From contig OZ251992.1 in NCBI GenBank assembly GCA_965246885.1, positions 1,696,001 to 1,760,000 on the forward strand: a stretch of DNA of 64,000 bases. Reading direction: 5' to 3'. The stretch comes from Abditibacterium sp. GTDB taxonomy: Bacteria > Armatimonadota > Abditibacteriia > Abditibacteriales > Abditibacteriaceae. Shown in pieces: positions 1 to 10,257 of the stretch. The position numbers were made by a program, and so were the translations under genes. Below the pieces are notes generated by a model, which worked only from the letters and a program-made list of their open reading frames with translations, was not told where the DNA came from and made no database searches. Position 1 is the stretch's first letter; every line of letters begins with the position of its first letter.

Positions 1-1
1 C

Positions 2-277
2 ATCGTTGTGTCGCTCACCCGCACCGAACTGCCTTCGACATGGCACGGCTACGTTCCGACCGGCTGGGACTGGGCGCAATACATCGGCACCTTCGGCTTG
101 TTCCTGACCTGCTTCTTGCTGTTCTGCCGCATCCTGCCCGTGATTGCGATGGCCGAAATGCGCGAACTGGTGCACCACGAGATGCATCACGGCTCGCACA
201 TGGACGAGCACGAGGGCGCCGAACCCAACGGCGGCTTTTCCGGCTCCGACCCGTCGGTGGTTCCGGCGCACGCTTAA
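2..277 (+). CDS. actC: Alternative complex III NrfD/PsrC-like subunit ActC, C-terminal part (starts before the window)
   Basis: Translation ...W..Y.PT.WDW..YIGTFGLF...FLLF.R.LP.IAMAEMREL is the typical ActC C-terminus; it precedes actD and actE. Confidence 0.85.
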   Translation: MVVSLTRTELPSTWHGYVPTGWDWAQYIGTFGLFLTCFLLFCRILPVIAMAEMRELVHHEMHHGSHMDEHEGAEPNGGFSGSDPSVVPAHA

Positions 278-282
278 AGATT

Positions 283-927
283 ATGGCAACTCAAATCGAA
301 CGCCCTTCCGCCCAAACCGAATATCCGATCGGCCTTGGCGCCATTAACAATCGCGGCGCCGACGTGCGCGCCGCCGAAATAGACCACGCCCAGCGCAAGC
401 ACTCCGTGTGGGGCATTTGCGCCGAGTTCGACGAAACCGAGCCGCTCATCCAAGCCGCCCGTGCCTCGCGCAAGGCCGGATACACCCGGTTGGACGCTTA
501 TACGCCCATGCCCGTCGAGGGCTTGTCGGACGCCATCGGCTACTTTAACAAGCAGATGCCAGCCCTCATGTTTTGCGGCGGCGTGCTTGGCTGTTCACTG
601 GGTTACTGGATGCAATGGTATTCCCTCGGCTACTCCTACGTCCTCAATCACGGTGGGCGCCCCTATCACTCGTGGCCCAACTTCATCGTGATTACCTTCG
701 AGATGACCATCTTGTTCACGGCCTTAACGGGCGTGTTTGGGATGCTCGCCTTGAACGGTCTGCCGACGCTGTATCACCCGATGTTCAACCTCGAAGGGTT
801 CGAGCGCCACTCGCAGGACAGGTTCTTTCTGGCCATCGAAGCGCGCGACAAGAACTTCGACTTCGAGCGGACGATGGAGTTCATGCGCTCGATGGGCGCG
901 CTTCGCGTCGCGGTCGTGGAAAAGTAA
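283..927 (+). CDS. actD: Alternative complex III subunit ActD (DUF3341)
   Basis: Motifs LDAYTPMPVEGL, GGRPYHSWPNFIVITFEMTILF and S.DRFFLAIE; two TM segments. Confidence 0.88.
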   Translation: MATQIERPSAQTEYPIGLGAINNRGADVRAAEIDHAQRKHSVWGICAEFDETEPLIQAARASRKAGYTRLDAYTPMPVEGLSDAIGYFNKQMPALMFCGGVLGCSLGYWMQWYSLGYSYVLNHGGRPYHSWPNFIVITFEMTILFTALTGVFGMLALNGLPTLYHPMFNLEGFERHSQDRFFLAIEARDKNFDFERTMEFMRSMGALRVAVVEK

Positions 928-944
928 GCGTTTAAAGCCACATC

Positions 945-1742
945 ATGCAATTCTCTCTTAAACACCTGCTGTGGGGCGCGCCTCTGGCGCTCGCGGCTCT
1001 TGGCGGTTGCACGCGCGACGGGAAATTCCAGCCCGTTGATATGTGGAACTACGCGCGCCTCAAACCCTACGAGCAGATTAACTTCTTCGACGATAAGCGC
1101 TCCTCCCGCTTGCCGCCAACGGGCACCGTCGCGCGCGGGCAAGACCGCTTGAACGAGTCGCTTTACTACGGCACCAAGAACGGCACCCTCGTGGCGACCA
1201 ACCCCTTATTCGACAAAGCGAAGCCGCAAGACAAAGTGGCGTTGTTAGAGCGTGGGCAGGAACGCTATCAAATCTACTGTCAGCCGTGTCACGGCCTCGC
1301 CGGATATGGCGACGGCATGATCGTCAAGCGCGGCTTCGCCAAGCCCCCGACCTATCACCAAGAGCGCTTGCGCAAAGTCACGGACGGCTACCTTTATGAT
1401 GTCATTACTAACGGCTACGGCTCGATGTACTCGTATGGATCGCGCGTTCCGCCGCGCGACCGGTGGGCCATCGTCGCTTACATCCGCACGTTGCAGCGTT
1501 CGCAAAACGCGCAACCGGGCGACGTTCCGGCAGGAGTAAACCCCAACGAAGAGCGCGACGTGCCGGAAATCGGTTCGGGCGCCGACAAATACATGGGGCC
1601 GGGCGCGGGGCGCGAGTATCACGGCACGGGGCCGGGTGGCAAGGGCGAACCCGGCTCGAACGGCGCCAACGAAGAGCAGGGCATGAACCAAACCGGCGAA
1701 ACGAAGCCCGGCGAGCACAAAGCACCGCTTTCTAAACCGTAA
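945..1742 (+). CDS. actE: Monoheme cytochrome c lipoprotein ActE
   Basis: Lipobox-like LGGC, one CxxCH (CQPCH), PTGTVARG and DRWAIVAYIRTLQ; position in the operon. Confidence 0.85.
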   Translation: MQFSLKHLLWGAPLALAALGGCTRDGKFQPVDMWNYARLKPYEQINFFDDKRSSRLPPTGTVARGQDRLNESLYYGTKNGTLVATNPLFDKAKPQDKVALLERGQERYQIYCQPCHGLAGYGDGMIVKRGFAKPPTYHQERLRKVTDGYLYDVITNGYGSMYSYGSRVPPRDRWAIVAYIRTLQRSQNAQPGDVPAGVNPNEERDVPEIGSGADKYMGPGAGREYHGTGPGGKGEPGSNGANEEQGMNQTGETKPGEHKAPLSKP

Positions 1743-1764
1743 GCGAAAAGGAATACCTATTTTG

Positions 1765-3105
1765 GTGGCAACACACGAACAATCGCACGAACGCACCGAC
1801 GTTCGCATCAACGACCTCATCGGCCCACGCCTCGCGCTGTTGGCGGCCAAGGCGCCGATCCTCGCGGCGGTTGGGGGCGTCCTTTGCTTGCTGGGCCTCG
1901 TCTTGACGTGGGGGACGAACTCCTTCTTCCAGTCGTATCTGTTCGCTTTTATGTTCTGGTTCGGGGTCACGCTCGGCTCGACAGCGTGGCTGATGGGCCA
2001 CCACATCACCGGCGGCGGCTGGAGCTATATCATCCGCCGCCCCCTTGAAGCCGCGACGCGGGTGTGGCCGCTCGTATTTGCGATGTGGATTCCCATCCTC
2101 GTCGCCATGTTGCTCTCGCTCCAGAACGGGCATCACGGCTTATACGAGTGGGCGGACGCTTCCATCCGCGACAGCGACAAAATCTTGACCGCGAAGTCTG
2201 GCTACCTCAACCCCATCGCGTGGATTGTGCGCTCGCTCCTCTTCTTTTGCACGTGGTTCGGACTCGCGTTCTACCTGAACAAGTGGGGCCGCGAGGAGGA
2301 TGTCACCGATAACCCGCTTGTGCGTCATCGCTTGTCGCTGTTGTCCGGCGTCGGCATTTTGGTTTACGGACTCACCGTCACGTTTGCCGCCGTTGACTGG
2401 GTAATGAGCATCGAGCCGCACTGGTTCTCCTCTTTGTGGGGTTTGCTCTTCATCGTTGGGCAGGGGCACTCGACGCTGTGCTTGATGGTTATCCTCGTCG
2501 CTTACTTGGCGGGCGACCTGCCCATCGTGAAGCAAATCGAGTCGCGCTACATCCGCGACCTCGGCAACTTGATGCTTGCCTTCACGCTGTTGTGGGCGTA
2601 CACGAACTTCTCGCAGTTCATGATTCAGTACTCGGCAAACATGGCCGAGGAAGCGACGTGGCAACTGCACCGCACGACGTTCGGCTGGCAGTATGTGGGC
2701 TTTGGCAACATCATTTTCCACTTCGCCGCGCCGTTCCTGTTCTTGCTGATGAGCCTAACGAAAGTCAACATCCGGAACTTGGCGAAGCTGGCGCTGTTTC
2801 TCATCATCGCGCGGCATATTGACCTGTTCTTCTACGTCGTGCCGACGTTTCGCAAGTCGCCGCTCGACACCTTCCCTTGGGCAGTGTTGGCCGACATCGG
2901 CGCGCCGCTTCTGCTGGGCGGGCTGTGGCTGACCTTCTGGGCGAACCAGATGCGCCGCGAAAACGCGCCCATCGTCCCGCAGTTCGACGAGCGACTCAAC
3001 GGCTTCTGGCCACTGGGCGGGCACGACGCTCACAGCAACGGCGCGCACGCCAACGGGCACCCGCCCTTGGCTTCACCAAAAGGAGTAACTACACAACATG
3101 GCTGA
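1765..3105 (+). CDS. actF: Alternative complex III membrane subunit ActF
   Basis: About 10 TM segments; DWVMSIEPHWFSS and DLGNLMLAF..LWAY..FSQF motifs. Confidence 0.85.
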   Translation: MATHEQSHERTDVRINDLIGPRLALLAAKAPILAAVGGVLCLLGLVLTWGTNSFFQSYLFAFMFWFGVTLGSTAWLMGHHITGGGWSYIIRRPLEAATRVWPLVFAMWIPILVAMLLSLQNGHHGLYEWADASIRDSDKILTAKSGYLNPIAWIVRSLLFFCTWFGLAFYLNKWGREEDVTDNPLVRHRLSLLSGVGILVYGLTVTFAAVDWVMSIEPHWFSSLWGLLFIVGQGHSTLCLMVILVAYLAGDLPIVKQIESRYIRDLGNLMLAFTLLWAYTNFSQFMIQYSANMAEEATWQLHRTTFGWQYVGFGNIIFHFAAPFLFLLMSLTKVNIRNLAKLALFLIIARHIDLFFYVVPTFRKSPLDTFPWAVLADIGAPLLLGGLWLTFWANQMRRENAPIVPQFDERLNGFWPLGGHDAHSNGAHANGHPPLASPKGVTTQHG

Positions 3106-3820
3106 TATGACTCCCCAAGGCACCCAAGCGTATGGTGTCGAATCGGGTTACGAGCGCGGCGACGCCAACGTGCGCGGCGTCGTGCAAGGCTTGGCAATCA
3201 TCTTCATCGGCGTTTTCGTCGTGATGGCCTCGATGTTCGGCATGTTCAACTTTCTGAACAAACGGCTTATCTCCGAGGAAGACCGCACGCCCGTCGCGCT
3301 CACCCGCGCCATCGTGCCGCCGGAGCCGCGCTTGCTCCCATCACCGCATACCGACGAGGCGCCCGAAGCTGAGCAGGCGGCGAAGGCACTCGGCGAAAAC
3401 CCTAAGCGGGCGACGGCGGATGGCTACCCTTGGGACAAGCGCAACCTCGAAATCGCCGCCCAATACGACGAGGCGAACTCCTACGGCAAGAATCCCGACG
3501 GCTCGCAGCGCATCCCCATCAAGGAAGCGATGAAGCGCGTCGCGGGCGTGCCCGACGGCGGCAGCCCCGCCATCATGTCGTGGCAACCCGAAACCCCACG
3601 CGTTGTCGCAGGCGAGACCGGCACTGGGCGCGAAAAGACGATGAACCTTGAACTTGACCACAAGCAGCAGGACGGGCGCATCTACGACCACCGGCCTTAT
3701 TGGGAATCGCAGGATGAGAAGTTCACCGTTGAATCAACGGGCGGGCTAATCCTCAAACCGGGCGGCGACACTGCCGTCCCGACCGACCCAGCCATTGCAC
3801 CGCAGGGGTTAAGCCGCTAA
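3098..3820 (+). CDS. ACIII-associated single-TM protein (ActG-like)
   Basis: GYE..DANVRG, then a TM segment, PPEPRL and RIPI.EAM; lies between actF and sco. Confidence 0.6.
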   Translation: MADMTPQGTQAYGVESGYERGDANVRGVVQGLAIIFIGVFVVMASMFGMFNFLNKRLISEEDRTPVALTRAIVPPEPRLLPSPHTDEAPEAEQAAKALGENPKRATADGYPWDKRNLEIAAQYDEANSYGKNPDGSQRIPIKEAMKRVAGVPDGGSPAIMSWQPETPRVVAGETGTGREKTMNLELDHKQQDGRIYDHRPYWESQDEKFTVESTGGLILKPGGDTAVPTDPAIAPQGLSR

Positions 3821-3925
3821 CGGGCGGGGTGCGCGTAGTTTTGACTTCGTGCCGCCGCTTCCTTTAGTGCAGTTGCGAGGGAAAAGGGGAAGAAGAAACG
3901 GGCGAATTGCCGCACACTTAACACC

Positions 3926-4870
3926 ATGAAACACAAGACACAATTCGCGTGGGTGTTAGCCGCCGTTTTGGGCGGCGTGGCCTGCTTCGCGCCGTCTTCG
4001 GCACGCGCGCAAACGCCAGATGCCCCGCTCGCTACTAACAGCGCGGGCAAGCAAGGCACGAACAACTGGGACTTCACCGCGCCCGACGGCGGCGTGCCCA
4101 AAGACTTGGCGCAAAAGGTCGGCGTTGACCAGAAGTTCGGGGCGCCCGTTCCTTCAGGCCTCCAGTTCCGCGACGAAGACGGCCACACCGTCCGCTTGGG
4201 CGACTACTTCGGGAAGAAGCCGGTGATGATCACCATGCTTCAGATGACGTGCGATTTGGGGTGCTCCGCGCAGTTGGGCGCTATGTCGAACGCCTTCAGT
4301 AAGATTCCCTTCTCGGCTGGCAAGGAGTTCGAGATCCTCAACGTTTCCATTGACCCCAAAGAGGGGCCGCTCATCGCCAAAGACGCCAAAGAAGAGCGCC
4401 TCAAAGACTATAAGCGGCCCACCGCCGCGCAGGGCTGGCACTTCCTGACCGCCGTTCCGGGGCAAGAGGAGAACATCAAGACGCTCGCTTCGGCGCTTGG
4501 TATCCGCTACATGTGGCACGCGCCCAGCCACCAATTCATCCACCCAAACGGCATCGTCCTCGTCACGCCCGACGGCAAAGTGTCGCGCTACTTCCTGTCG
4601 CTCGCTTATGACCCGCAAGACGTAAAGTTCTCCATCATGGATGCCTCGAAGGAAAAGGTGGGCACCGTGCTGGAAAGACTCGCGTTTTCCTGCTTCCACT
4701 ATAACCCCTCGACGGGCAAATACTCCTTCGAGATCATGGCGTTCCTGCGCATCACCGGCATCGCGTTCGTGGTCGGCAGCTTGCTGGCGATTCGGGCGAT
4801 GGTGAGCTTGGAAAAACGCCGCGCCAAAGCGGGCAAGGGCGGCCCATCCGTCCGATTGAAGAGCGCTTAA
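3926..4870 (+). CDS. sco: SCO1/SenC-family copper chaperone
   Basis: Signal peptide, VGVDQK, CxxxC (CDLGC), VSIDP, WHFLT and a C-terminal TM segment. Confidence 0.88.
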   Translation: MKHKTQFAWVLAAVLGGVACFAPSSARAQTPDAPLATNSAGKQGTNNWDFTAPDGGVPKDLAQKVGVDQKFGAPVPSGLQFRDEDGHTVRLGDYFGKKPVMITMLQMTCDLGCSAQLGAMSNAFSKIPFSAGKEFEILNVSIDPKEGPLIAKDAKEERLKDYKRPTAAQGWHFLTAVPGQEENIKTLASALGIRYMWHAPSHQFIHPNGIVLVTPDGKVSRYFLSLAYDPQDVKFSIMDASKEKVGTVLERLAFSCFHYNPSTGKYSFEIMAFLRITGIAFVVGSLLAIRAMVSLEKRRAKAGKGGPSVRLKSA

Positions 4871-4888
4871 GCGCGCAACAGAACTCAA

Positions 4889-6331
4889 ATGGCTCAATTA
4901 TTCCCTTGGCTTTTGCCTCAAGCGTCCAGCGTGTCGGAGTCCATTGACTTCGTCTACTGGCTCATCACGGCGGTGTGCGCGGCCTTCTTCGTCGGGGTCG
5001 CGTTCTTCGTCACCCTCTTCGTCGTGCGTTACCGGCAGGGCAGCAAAGTCAACCGCGTCTTGCCGCACCACGAGGGCATCGCGCTGGAGATGATTTGGAC
5101 AATCATCCCGCTCTTCATCGCTTTGGGGTTGTTCCTTATCTCGACGGTCGTTTACTTTCGCGTCGTGCGCGCGCCCAAAGACGCAACGGAAATCTTCGTC
5201 GTCGGCAAACAGTGGATGTGGAAGATACAGCACCCCAATGGCCGATGGGAAATGAACGAAATCCACGTTCCCGTCGGGCATGCCGTCAAGCTGACAATGA
5301 TCTCCGAAGACGTCATCCACGACTTTGGACTACCGTCGTTTCGCTTGAACATGGACGTGGTTCCCGGCAAATACACCCAGACGTGGTTTACCCCGACGCG
5401 CGTGGGGCGCTACCACATCTTTTGCGCGCAGTACTGCGGCACTAACCACGCCATCATGGGCGGCTACGTCACCGTCATGGAACCCGACCAATACGCGCGC
5501 TGGGAGCAGACCGGCAACGTGCGCGCTTCGACGGCTTCCGAAGGCGAGCGCTTGTTCCGCGAAAATGGCTGCACCGGCTGTCACGGCCCCAACGCCAACG
5601 TGCGCGCGCCGAGCTTGAACGGCTTGTTCGGGCGCTACCGTCCCGTCCAGATTCCGGGCGACGAGCCTTGGCGCCCCGATATGCCCGCCGTGATGGTGAA
5701 AGCCGACTACCGTTACTTGCACGATTCCATTTGGACGCCCGCCAAGGAAGTCGCGGCGGGCTACAAGCCCATCATGCCCTCCTTCGCTGGGCGACTCAGC
5801 GAAGAGCAGGTATTGCAAATCATTGACTACCTCAAAACGCTGCAAACCTCCAATGGCACCAGCAACGGGAGCGCGGCGGGGTATAACCCCGGCGATGGCA
5901 CGACTTTGGGCGGCAGTGGCACGGGCAACGCCGTTGGCGGCTCGCAATTGGGAGACGCGCGGACGGGCCGCAACTACGGCGGCAACCCGACGGGTGACAT
6001 GGCTAACGTCATAGACCGCGAGTCCACCTATGTTCCGCCTTTCGAGACGGGGCGCCCCGGAGACGCTTCGACGGGCCGACTGTATGGCGGCTCGCCAACG
6101 GGCGACATGGCCAACGTGCGCGACCGCGAGAACATCTTTCATGGCGGCGGCGCGGTGGATAACTTAGGCACCATAGACCGCAGCGCCGGAGGGCTTCGCG
6201 GAAAGCACTACGAGGAGCGCGGCGGTTTGAACGTTTATAACTCCGACAATTACATCAAGTCGCAAGTGAAAGACATCACTGGCGGCCTCAAATCGCAAGT
6301 TCCGGCGGGAGCGGCCAAAGACCAATACTAA
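4889..6331 (+). CDS. coxB: Cytochrome c oxidase subunit II with fused cytochrome c (caa3 type) and a long C-terminal extension
   Basis: DVIHD, CuA motif CAQYCGTNHAIM and heme motif CTGCH. Confidence 0.93.
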   Translation: MAQLFPWLLPQASSVSESIDFVYWLITAVCAAFFVGVAFFVTLFVVRYRQGSKVNRVLPHHEGIALEMIWTIIPLFIALGLFLISTVVYFRVVRAPKDATEIFVVGKQWMWKIQHPNGRWEMNEIHVPVGHAVKLTMISEDVIHDFGLPSFRLNMDVVPGKYTQTWFTPTRVGRYHIFCAQYCGTNHAIMGGYVTVMEPDQYARWEQTGNVRASTASEGERLFRENGCTGCHGPNANVRAPSLNGLFGRYRPVQIPGDEPWRPDMPAVMVKADYRYLHDSIWTPAKEVAAGYKPIMPSFAGRLSEEQVLQIIDYLKTLQTSNGTSNGSAAGYNPGDGTTLGGSGTGNAVGGSQLGDARTGRNYGGNPTGDMANVIDRESTYVPPFETGRPGDASTGRLYGGSPTGDMANVRDRENIFHGGGAVDNLGTIDRSAGGLRGKHYEERGGLNVYNSDNYIKSQVKDITGGLKSQVPAGAAKDQY

Positions 6332-6415
6332 AGCGAAGCGGTTGTTAGCTATTACCCAATCGCCGTTCACGCAGCCTTCTCACGCGTCCTGATTTGCACT
6401 CTAACACCAAGTTCC

Positions 6416-8233
6416 ATGTCACAATCATCCTCTAACCCCCAAGCCGCAACGGGCACCATTGCGATGGCGGCCAACGGCGCGCTCGTTCCCGATCCGGGCA
6501 ACGGGGTGCGCCGCGAATTGCCGTATGACCCGCTCACCGCGATGGGCGTGCCTCAAGAGACCTACCTCAACAACGACTTTTCGTGGAAGTCGTGGGTCTA
6601 CACGCTCGACCACAAGCGCATTGGCATGATGTACCTCGTGCTGATTTCGCTCATGTTCGTTATCGGCGGCATCGGCGCTTCGATGATTCGCTACAACCTC
6701 ATCGAGCCGGAAGGGATGCTGGGCGCCGAAGCGTATAACCGTTGGTTCACGGCGCACGGCGTCATCATGGTGTTCTTCTTTCTGGTGCCGTCCATCCCCG
6801 CGACACTCGGAAACTTCCTTGTGCCGATGATGATTGGCACCAAGGACGTGGCTTTCCCGAAACTGAACTTGCTGTCGTTCTACCTTTACGCGCTTGGCGC
6901 GTGTTTGGCGCTCGCGGCGCTTATTATGGGCGGCATTGATACCGGTTGGACGTTTTACGCTCCCCTTTCCTCGACGTACTCGAACGGTATGACCGTGTGG
7001 GCCATCGCGGGCGTATTCCTCGCGGGCTTTTCGTCCATCTTAACGGGCCTGAACTTCATCGTTACCATCCACAAGATGCGCGCGCCGGGCATGACGTGGT
7101 TCCGCATGCCGCTCTTCATGTGGTCTATCTACGCCACCTCGCTCATTCAGGTGCTGGGCACGCCCGTCGTTGCCATCACGTTGCTTTTGCTTGTGGTCGA
7201 GAAGTGCTTTGGCGTCGGCATCTTCGACCCCAAACTGGGCGGCGATCCGGTGTTGTTCCAGCATATGTTCTGGTTCTACTCGCACCCCGCCGTTTACATC
7301 ATGATTCTGCCGGGCATGGCGGTAGTGTCGGAAGTCATCGCCTGCTTTTCGCGCAAGCCTATTTATGGCTACAAGTTCGTCGCGTTCTCCTCGCTCGCCA
7401 TCGCCGTCTTCGGCTTCCTCGTGTGGGGCCACCACATGTTCGTGTCCAGTCAGTCGCCCTACGCGGGTATGGTGTTCTCGCTCATCTCCTTCTTGGTGGC
7501 CATCCCCTCCGCCGTGAAGGTCTTCAACTGGACGGCGACGCTGTATAAAGGCTCGATTCGGCTCACGACGCCGATGCTGTATGCCCTCGCGTTCATCGGC
7601 CTGTTCTCCATTGGCGGCTTGACGGGCCTCCACCTCGCGGCCTTGGCGACCGACGTTTACCTTCACGACACCTACTTCGTCATCGCGCACTTCCACTACG
7701 TCATGGTCGGCGGCGCTATCTCCGCCTACTTTGCGGGCATCCACTTCTGGTGGCCCAAGATGACGGGCAAGATGTACAACGACGCTTGGGGCAAAGTCGC
7801 CGCGTTGATTCTGTTCATCGGCTTCAACCTGACTTTCTTCCCGCAGTTCCTGTTGGGCATGTGGGGCATGCACCGCCGCTACCACGCTTACCCGTCGGAC
7901 ATGCAGTTCCTCAACATCATGTCCACTGCCGGAGCAACGGTCTTGGCGCTGGGCTTCATCATGCCCGTTTGCTACCTCACGTGGTCGCTCCTCTACGGCG
8001 AGCAAGCGAGCGACAACCCCTTCGGCGCGACCGGCCTCGAATGGCAGACCTCCTCGCCCCCGCCTCTGCTTAACTTCGACCGCGTTCCCATCGTTGTCAC
8101 CGGCCCCTACGCTTACGACGCCGTCGAATCCGAGCGCATCTTCGAGAAAGAGGACGCCATCACGCGCGAAGTGCGTGAGCGCATCCTTTCTGCCGAAGCC
8201 GAACGACCCACCAAGGAAACCACTTCCGTCTAA
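6416..8233 (+). CDS. coxA: Heme-copper oxidase subunit I, A2 type
   Basis: [15 protein letters not shown] (YS motif), WGHHM and AHFHY. Confidence 0.96.
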   Translation: MSQSSSNPQAATGTIAMAANGALVPDPGNGVRRELPYDPLTAMGVPQETYLNNDFSWKSWVYTLDHKRIGMMYLVLISLMFVIGGIGASMIRYNLIEPEGMLGAEAYNRWFTAHGVIMVFFFLVPSIPATLGNFLVPMMIGTKDVAFPKLNLLSFYLYALGACLALAALIMGGIDTGWTFYAPLSSTYSNGMTVWAIAGVFLAGFSSILTGLNFIVTIHKMRAPGMTWFRMPLFMWSIYATSLIQVLGTPVVAITLLLLVVEKCFGVGIFDPKLGGDPVLFQHMFWFYSHPAVYIMILPGMAVVSEVIACFSRKPIYGYKFVAFSSLAIAVFGFLVWGHHMFVSSQSPYAGMVFSLISFLVAIPSAVKVFNWTATLYKGSIRLTTPMLYALAFIGLFSIGGLTGLHLAALATDVYLHDTYFVIAHFHYVMVGGAISAYFAGIHFWWPKMTGKMYNDAWGKVAALILFIGFNLTFFPQFLLGMWGMHRRYHAYPSDMQFLNIMSTAGATVLALGFIMPVCYLTWSLLYGEQASDNPFGATGLEWQTSSPPPLLNFDRVPIVVTGPYAYDAVESERIFEKEDAITREVRERILSAEAERPTKETTSV

Positions 8234-8236
8234 ATT

Positions 8237-9187
8237 ATGGCCGTCCAACTCGAACGCCCCACCGACTCCGAAATCGCGGCCCATGCCCAGTCCACTGAGC
8301 ATGGGCACGACGGCCATCACGGGCCTGCCAACCTGCACCACCACTTCACCGACCTCGCGCAACAGCGCGAGGTCAACGCGCTCGGTATGTGGGTCTTCCT
8401 TGTTACCGAAGTGATGACCTTCGGCGCGCTGTTCTTCGTTTACACGCTCTACCGCCACCTCTTCGAGAACCAAAACCACATAATGAGCGGTGATGTCGTG
8501 TGGCTGTCGCCTTGGGGCGTTGGCTCGCACTTATTGGACAACTCGCTCGGTTTCATCAACACCCTTGTCCTGCTGTGTTCGTCGCTCACCGTCGCTACCG
8601 CCGTCCACATGGCGGGCATCAAGCAACGCGGCTGGCTCGTCGGGATGCTCTCCATCACGGCCTTCTTGGGTGTGGTGTTCTTGGGCATCAAGTCCGTCGA
8701 GTGGTATCACGATTACCAAGAGAAGATCGTCCCCGGCCTGAACTGGGAGCCGCGCAACACCCTCGCCCGCAAAGGCTTCTTGCTCGCTACCCCTACCGGC
8801 GTGAACGGGCAGGGCTATATCCCCGGCGGCACCCTAAACGCCGAAAGCCAGTGGACTGCTGTTCACCGCGATGCCGAAGCCGAGGAAGCCGCCGAGGGCG
8901 GCACTTCTAAAGGCGAAGACGTAAAGTTTCAAGGAATCATCAACGGTATGCAGTTACAGATGTTCTTCGTCATCTACTTTTGCATGACCGGCCTCCATGC
9001 CATCCACATGATCATCGGCCTCGGCCTTATTTCCGTCTTCCTTTATCACGCGCGGCGCGGCACCTTTACCACTTCGCCCAACGACCAGCCCGTCGAAATC
9101 TTCGGCCTGTATTGGCACTTCGTGGACATCGTGTGGGTGTTCCTTTACCCGCTCCTCTACCTCGTGACGCTCCCCGTCCGGCACTAA
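8237..9187 (+). CDS. coxC: Cytochrome c oxidase subunit III
   Basis: GMWVFLVTEVMTFG, TGLHAIH and YWHFVDIVWVFLYP. Confidence 0.93.
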   Translation: MAVQLERPTDSEIAAHAQSTEHGHDGHHGPANLHHHFTDLAQQREVNALGMWVFLVTEVMTFGALFFVYTLYRHLFENQNHIMSGDVVWLSPWGVGSHLLDNSLGFINTLVLLCSSLTVATAVHMAGIKQRGWLVGMLSITAFLGVVFLGIKSVEWYHDYQEKIVPGLNWEPRNTLARKGFLLATPTGVNGQGYIPGGTLNAESQWTAVHRDAEAEEAAEGGTSKGEDVKFQGIINGMQLQMFFVIYFCMTGLHAIHMIIGLGLISVFLYHARRGTFTTSPNDQPVEIFGLYWHFVDIVWVFLYPLLYLVTLPVRH

Positions 9188-9193
9188 CTCATC

Positions 9194-10192
9194 ATGGCCC
9201 AACCTACTCAAGAACGCCTCGTGAATCAACTCGAACGCCCCGAACAGACGGGCGGTAACGTCGGTCAGGCCGGAAGCGGCACGCAGTCCGAGAACGCCCC
9301 ACACCACGAAGACCACTCCGATAACCACGTCGAGCACGTCTCGATGAACACGTACTACCTCATCTTCGCGGCCTTGATGTTCCTCCTTCTCATCACCGTC
9401 GGCGCGTGGTATTTCGACCAGCATATCAGGCCGCTTGGCCACTTCTCGCCGGTGCTCGCAATGGCTATCGCCGTTGCTAAAGCTGTGCTCATCGTGCTGT
9501 TCTTCATGCACGTCAAGTTCGCCTCGAAGCTCGTCCAGATATTCGCTTGCACCGGCATCGCGTTCGTGGCTATCATGTTCCTCTTGACGTTCAACGACTT
9601 CGTGACCCGCGATTGGCTTCCCGTTCCCGGTGTTTATGCTCCCGCCACTGTTACTGCTGGCCCCGCCGAAAACACCATCTACCGCCCATCCAGCGTTGGC
9701 GCCGCGCCGAACTCCGTCTCCACTCCGTCAGATAATATGGTCGGGAGCGCCATGACCGCCCCCGGCAACGCGACGCAAACCGCCATTGACGGCGGGCGCG
9801 ACGCTGGTGGTCGCACCACGACCCCCGGCGCGTCGGGCAGCGATGTCCGCGTCATACCCAACACCAACGGCGCCACGACGACCGGTCCCACCAACATGAC
9901 GACCGGTGCCATGCAAAACGGCGGTACGAGTAGCGCAAGTGCCGGTGCCCCCGGCGGCGCGTCCGTCTCAACGGGTGATAAGCAGGCCGGAGCACTCGGC
10001 GCATCGGGCATAGACTCCGGCCCGCAACAAGTCGCCAGCAACGGCAGCGCTTCGCGCCCCGGCCCGCATATCGGTGGCGCCGCGAACAACGTCTACGGCT
10101 CGGCGGCGCAGTCCAAAGGCATCCAACCGCAAAGCGCCGCCCCCGCGCCCGCCATCCCACAGAGCGCTCAAGTGCTGAATAACGGGCAGTAG
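9194..10192 (+). CDS. Cytochrome c oxidase subunit IV (caa3 CtaF-like) with a long low-complexity tail
   Basis: Three TM segments with IAVAKA.LIVLFFMHVK, followed by about 190 aa rich in S/T/G/A/P. Confidence 0.82.
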   Translation: MAQPTQERLVNQLERPEQTGGNVGQAGSGTQSENAPHHEDHSDNHVEHVSMNTYYLIFAALMFLLLITVGAWYFDQHIRPLGHFSPVLAMAIAVAKAVLIVLFFMHVKFASKLVQIFACTGIAFVAIMFLLTFNDFVTRDWLPVPGVYAPATVTAGPAENTIYRPSSVGAAPNSVSTPSDNMVGSAMTAPGNATQTAIDGGRDAGGRTTTPGASGSDVRVIPNTNGATTTGPTNMTTGAMQNGGTSSASAGAPGGASVSTGDKQAGALGASGIDSGPQQVASNGSASRPGPHIGGAANNVYGSAAQSKGIQPQSAAPAPAIPQSAQVLNNGQ

Positions 10193-10207
10193 AGTGGTAA
10201 CGCCAAC

Positions 10208-10241
10208 GCGAAACGTCCCGACAGATGTCGGGACGTTTCGC
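10208..10241. terminator. Bidirectional terminator hairpin between convergent genes
   Basis: Perfect 16-bp inverted repeat gcgaaacgtcccgaca / tgtcgggacgtttcgc. Confidence 0.7.
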
Positions 10242-10257
10242 ATTTCTGAGCGTGCCC

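Noticed and set aside
7040..8530. Long antisense ORFs over coxA and other genes (e.g. 30513-31637, 49598-50728, 63270-63986)
   Set aside because: Shadow ORFs expected from high-GC codon bias opposite well-supported genes
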